DNA of 64,000 bases from contig NC_058368.1 of assembly GCF_018350175.1 (NCBI RefSeq), positions 174,718,001-174,782,000 of the forward strand. Direction: 5' to 3'. Shown here one piece after another: positions 59,741 through 64,000 of this stretch. The position numbers were made by a program, and so were the translations under genes. Numbering within the stretch: the stretch's first letter is position 1; each line of letters begins with the position of its first letter. Source of the stretch: Felis catus. Its lineage: Eukaryota. The notes below the pieces were generated by a model. That model searched no databases. It had not been told where the DNA came from and saw only the letters and a program-made list of their open reading frames with translations.

Positions 59741-60160
59741 CTGATAAGTCAAGGAAGATAAAAGTTGGATTTCTCAAAATGGCAGCTGCAGTTTAAGTGG
59801 ACTCCTGGGGAGGAAAATCTAATGGGAGCAGGCTGAAGAAAGAATAGGCAAGGAAACAATGGAAACTGTGAGTGCAGACACTTCTTTTGATGAGTTTTCC
59901 TCTGAAGGGAAGCAGAAAAATGGAACAAAGGCTGGTGGGGAGTGGTGAGAGGGTTTGATTTTAGTATGGGAGAAATAGAAGTATGTTTGTATGTTGATGG
60001 GATTGATCCAGGGAGAAGGGAAACTTTGGTGATGCAGTGAGGAAGGAGTGGAGGCTGGAGAAATGTCTTTGAATAGCAGAGAGGAGATCTAGTGTAGATA
60101 TCAAGGGAATGCTAGGGATAAAAGAGAACACAGTTCATCTCTTGCACCGGGAGGAAAGAA

Positions 60161-60535
60161 GATGGATGGATGGATGGATGGATGGTTGGATGGGTAGATG
60201 ATGGACGAGTGGATGATGGATGGATGGGTGGGTGGGTAGATGGATGGATGGTTGGATGGGTAGATGATGGACGAGTGGATGATGGATGGATGGATGGGTG
60301 GGTAGATGGATGGATGGTTGGATGGGTAGATGATGGACGAGTGGATGATGGATGGATGGATGGGTGGGTAGATGGATGGATGGTTGGATGGGTAGATGAT
60401 GGACGAGTGGATGATGGATGGATGGATGGGTGGGTAGATGGATGGATGGTTGGATGGGTAGATGATGGATGAGTGGATGATGGATGGACAGATGGGTGGA
60501 TGGATAGATGGATGGATGATGAACAAATGGATGGG
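60161..60535. repeat. 66-bp-unit minisatellite (about 5 copies) built from GGAT-like tetramers
   Basis: Marker A(C/T)GAGT at 60205, 60271, 60337, 60403 and 60469 (exact 66-bp period). Confidence 0.97.
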
Positions 60536-60554
60536 TAGACAGGCAGACATAAAG

Positions 60555-60578
60555 TAGATAGATAGATAGATAGATAGA
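60555..60578. repeat. (GATA)n microsatellite
   Basis: TAGATAGATAGATAGATAGATAGA. Confidence 0.92.
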
Positions 60579-63500
60579 AGATAAGATAGGCACAGATTCA
60601 CATAGTTCAACACATGTGATAGTGGATGCTGGTAGTTTTCTTCATATTGCTTCAATTTTCCCAACAAAATAAGAGTCAAGACCTTTTCTGATGAGGAAGC
60701 AGTGTTAGAGACTTGAAGAATGAGGGGAAAGTGTGACACAGGTATCTGGGAGAGCAGGATAGTAAACAGACGTAGGAAAGATACAGAGATCATCCGGCAT
60801 CCCTCATGGCTGCTTGAGAGGGGCAGGAAGTGAATGGAGGGATGTCATAGATACTGGTGATGACAGGGTATGACTGTGGGAGCCAGCAGGAGGTGGCCCA
60901 GGGGACAAAACCATGAGTAATGAGTTGGTAACACACTAAGGGGCCAGTGTCCTAGAAGGGTTATCTAAGTGTCTAATAGATCATACCGAGCCCTATGTCA
61001 GATTATAAGGATACTTAGAGGGACAAGACAAATTGCCGCCCAGGAGCAGATCACAGGCTGACGGGAAAGTTGGGCTCATAAAGAAATGATGACAGTGGGA
61101 TGTGGTAGGTGATATATTCTGGGTTCCCTTTAAAAAGTGGAACATCAGGCGACATGATCCAGCAGTCCGTCCGGCAAGTCAGCCAGAGCCCATCGCCACC
61201 CATCGTCCAAGTCTCTCATTCCGGCACTTGCGGGGCCCTTGTGTGCATTCGACCTGAAGTCCTGGCGGTAGGATGGGCGAAAAAGCACGTACGGGAAAGA
61301 TCTTTTTCCATTAAAGGTGCTCGGTGAATATTTGTTTTTAAAAAGGCGGAGAAAGCAGGAGTAAGGGAAGATGTTTCCCTGGCAGAACCACCAGAATTTG
61401 AAAATAAAATCTGGGTGGGAGGGAAAACGAAGAAATCAGAAATGCTTCAGGGATGTCGAGCCTGGGCAGCTGAATGGAGAGGCCATGTCAGTGTAATTCG
61501 GACATTGCCGAGAGCTGAAATATCGGAGTTACGGTGTTTGAACAGATGATTTTGTTGGTGGATCCGATAGCTGAAAAACGGAACCCCCTCAAAATGCCAG
61601 GGCTAAGAGTTACATGCGGAGTCCACTTAACTCTGGCTCCACAAACAAAAATGTCATTTAAGGCTGTCGCCTTAAAAAACTAAGTTTTCAAGCCGGTTTA
61701 CTTCCATCCAGAAAGATGTTTGTCAGGCTTTGTTGAAAAGTACGAGAAGGAGATTTTCCCGACAACCCTCCTGGCCACGCATGTGTAGAGTCTCTGGAGA
61801 GAAACGATCCTGTCTGAAAAGGCAGCTTTCTCTGCTGTTTCTCAAATAGGTAGATGGTCAGAGGGCAACTTAATTAACTTCGGTTTTATCAAGTGAAGAC
61901 TGCCCAGGTGTCTTGGACTAAGAGACAACAGGAAAAGGAAATTGCTTCAAAAAAAAAAAAAAAAAAGCTCAGGGCAGAAGGGAGAGAAAGCATCCAGAGA
62001 TTTGGAGTTTGGAAGGGAGCATAAAGAATCCAAATTTCTTAAAACCTTTTCTCTGGGGAGCAGTCATTGTTTAACCCAAGAGCAATCGATAGTGAGTGGA
62101 ATTGACAGGAAGAGCCAATGATGGCTTATGATATCACCAGATGATACATTCACTCTGGGATTCCAGGCTCCCTAAGCTTCCGGATAACCGCCTCTGTAGA
62201 AAAGCAAGGAAGTTCTACCACCCTCAACTTCATTTAGGCTGGACTATCGTCGGGTTCATATTTCGGTCAACCAAGCAAGCAAACCGTTACAGCCATTCCC
62301 AGCCCCTTGACTTAAAACACTGAACTGGCGATCTCTGCCCAGTGGGCCATTATCAGTCAACAGGATCCGACTTCATATTCCTTCCCCTTTGACCCTACAC
62401 CCTCAAATCCCACACGCGTTCCTCAGGTTTCCATCCACGTAACCCGGCAGAATCATGTCTACCTTTTCCTATGCACCACACCTCACCACAGGTCATACCT
62501 TGTACCTCATCCTTTGGGGTTCTGCTGGAACAGAGCCCAGAGGCAAGATGCTGCCTTCCCACTTCCCAACAACTCGTATTTACTTCCAACAAGTGTGGTT
62601 CCATGGTCAATTCTCAGTGTAGATGAAGCCAACCAATTTATCCAGTTTGTGCATCGACAGCCTGCAGGTGGTGAGCCACAGGTGGGAGGGATGCAGGAGG
62701 GGCTGCGTACCGCCCCCTCACGTGCTCGCAACACGTTCCACTTCCGAAAAACATTTTTGCGTCAATTATGTCTCTCGAATGACCCACAAAGCCCCACTCT
62801 AATCCGGTCTCCCTAGATTAAAGACATTGAGATATAATCATATTAAGCCACTTACTCAAGATTATTCAAACATTAAATTGAGGTCCCCTGTCTCCAAGTG
62901 TATGTGATATTTCTAAGATTAAAAAAAAAAAACCTGTGTGCAAGAAACTGTACTATTTTTTCCCCTACAAATATGTTTAACTTCTGTATCAAGGGTCTAT
63001 TTGTCATGATATCAGAAAACGCCATCTGGTCAAATCCAAGTAACTCATTCACTTCAGCTTTTCTCAGTCACAGGGAAACTGGGCCAGCCTAGAAGCTATT
63101 GAGTTTTCCCAGCCCGGGCTCCAGGCTCTAGGCTCCAAGCTCCAGATATGTGGGAAAAGAAGCCTCTGACATGCCCCCCATTCTAGCGACCATCAGACAG
63201 TAACGTCCCGAGGGTCTCCAAGCCAGAACTGTTGAACGGAACTGCTCCCAAATTCCTGATCTATAGAAAGCACAGAGGGTGTCAATGATGCTTGTTCCAG
63301 GCCACTATGTTTCTGATGCAGGGATAGAAAACCTTTCTGGGGGCTGTTGCTCTACAATCCTTTGGATTTGAGGCATGCAGAGGGATTAGGAATCTAAGGT
63401 TATGCAGTTCATGCCGAGTCAAAAACGAATGGGACATGAGCCCACTGTCAACTCTTAAGCCCATGACTTTGAACCATATTAAACACTGCACATCGTACAT

Positions 63501-64000
63501 TACACCCCCCTCTTGGTGCCATCTGACCGTCAGTCTGCACCAGATTCACCAGCCTCCTGAATGGCATGGCTGCACAGAAGTTTTGAAAATGAGCACATAT
63601 CATAAGGAAATCCCAGGACAAGCTGGTGAGGATATCCATGGTAACACAGGCTGCATCAGAGCAAGTTAAATTTTTTTCTTAAAAAAAAAAAAAAAATCCA
63701 TGCATCCATGGGACGGGTCTTCTTCAGGGGAAGAACGAGAATTGAGAATGTCGAATAGTTCCATCTTAATCAATAACATAGCTGCGTGTTAAAGATCCCT
63801 GTGGGGTCAATACCCACGTCTAAAACCATTCCATCATCTAGAGGGTTTTGTAGTATTTAGGAGGAATTGACATTGTAGAGGCCTCTCAGTATTTCTGATT
63901 AGGTAAGACCCATACTTTTCATGAGGCATTTTGACATTGAATAGGACCGGATGAGACTGGGCTACGAAGCTCATTTCGTTCGGTTGCCACGTGATCGATC

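Larger units (their letters stand above)
59780..60900 (-). mobile_element. L2 internal fragment hosting a minisatellite
   Basis: GTGAGTGCAGACACTTCTTTTGATGAGTTTT...GGAAGCAGAAAAATGG, TGTTTGTATGTTGATGGGATTGATCCAG, ATTGCTTCAATTTTC. Confidence 0.75.

Noticed and set aside
60101..60793. 230-aa ORF with a 22-aa repeat; CRISPR-like periodicity
   Set aside because: The ORF arises from the 66-bp minisatellite in an L2 remnant. Units are contiguous with no unique spacers, there are no cas genes, and the DNA is mammalian.
1..64000. Novel multi-gene system, viral coding insert, NUMT or processed pseudogene
   Set aside because: No long ORFs, no gag/pol/env, mitochondrial or mRNA-like segments recognised by eye. 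Short exons or very decayed pseudogenes cannot be excluded without BLASTX.

Overview
Non-coding, repeat-rich mammalian DNA from a felid (cat family). I counted 39 tRNA-derived CAN-SINEs by eye, most of the Felidae SINEC_Fc type and usually with readable target-site duplications (TSDs). They are layered on older eutherian repeats: MIR, L2, L1M, MLT1/ERVL LTRs, and hAT and Tigger DNA transposons. No protein-coding exon, rRNA, functional tRNA or CRISPR array is supported; the listed ORFs I examined fall in repeats or look like chance ORFs. The left end (about 430-1150) looks like a promoter with a possible non-coding first exon on the minus strand, so the rest may be upstream or intergenic sequence of a gene I cannot name. 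I found no evidence of a new biological system. The most notable items are a structurally complete LTR-internal-LTR MLT1 (MaLR) provirus, a SINE with a triplicated Pol III B box, a strong CTCF motif, two GGAT-built arrays with higher-order structure (one a clean 66-bp VNTR), several closely spaced inverted SINE pairs, a possible SINE-associated L1 deletion, and weak CpG depletion. Repeat family names come from recalled consensus sequences, not a search, and boundaries of old repeats are approximate.
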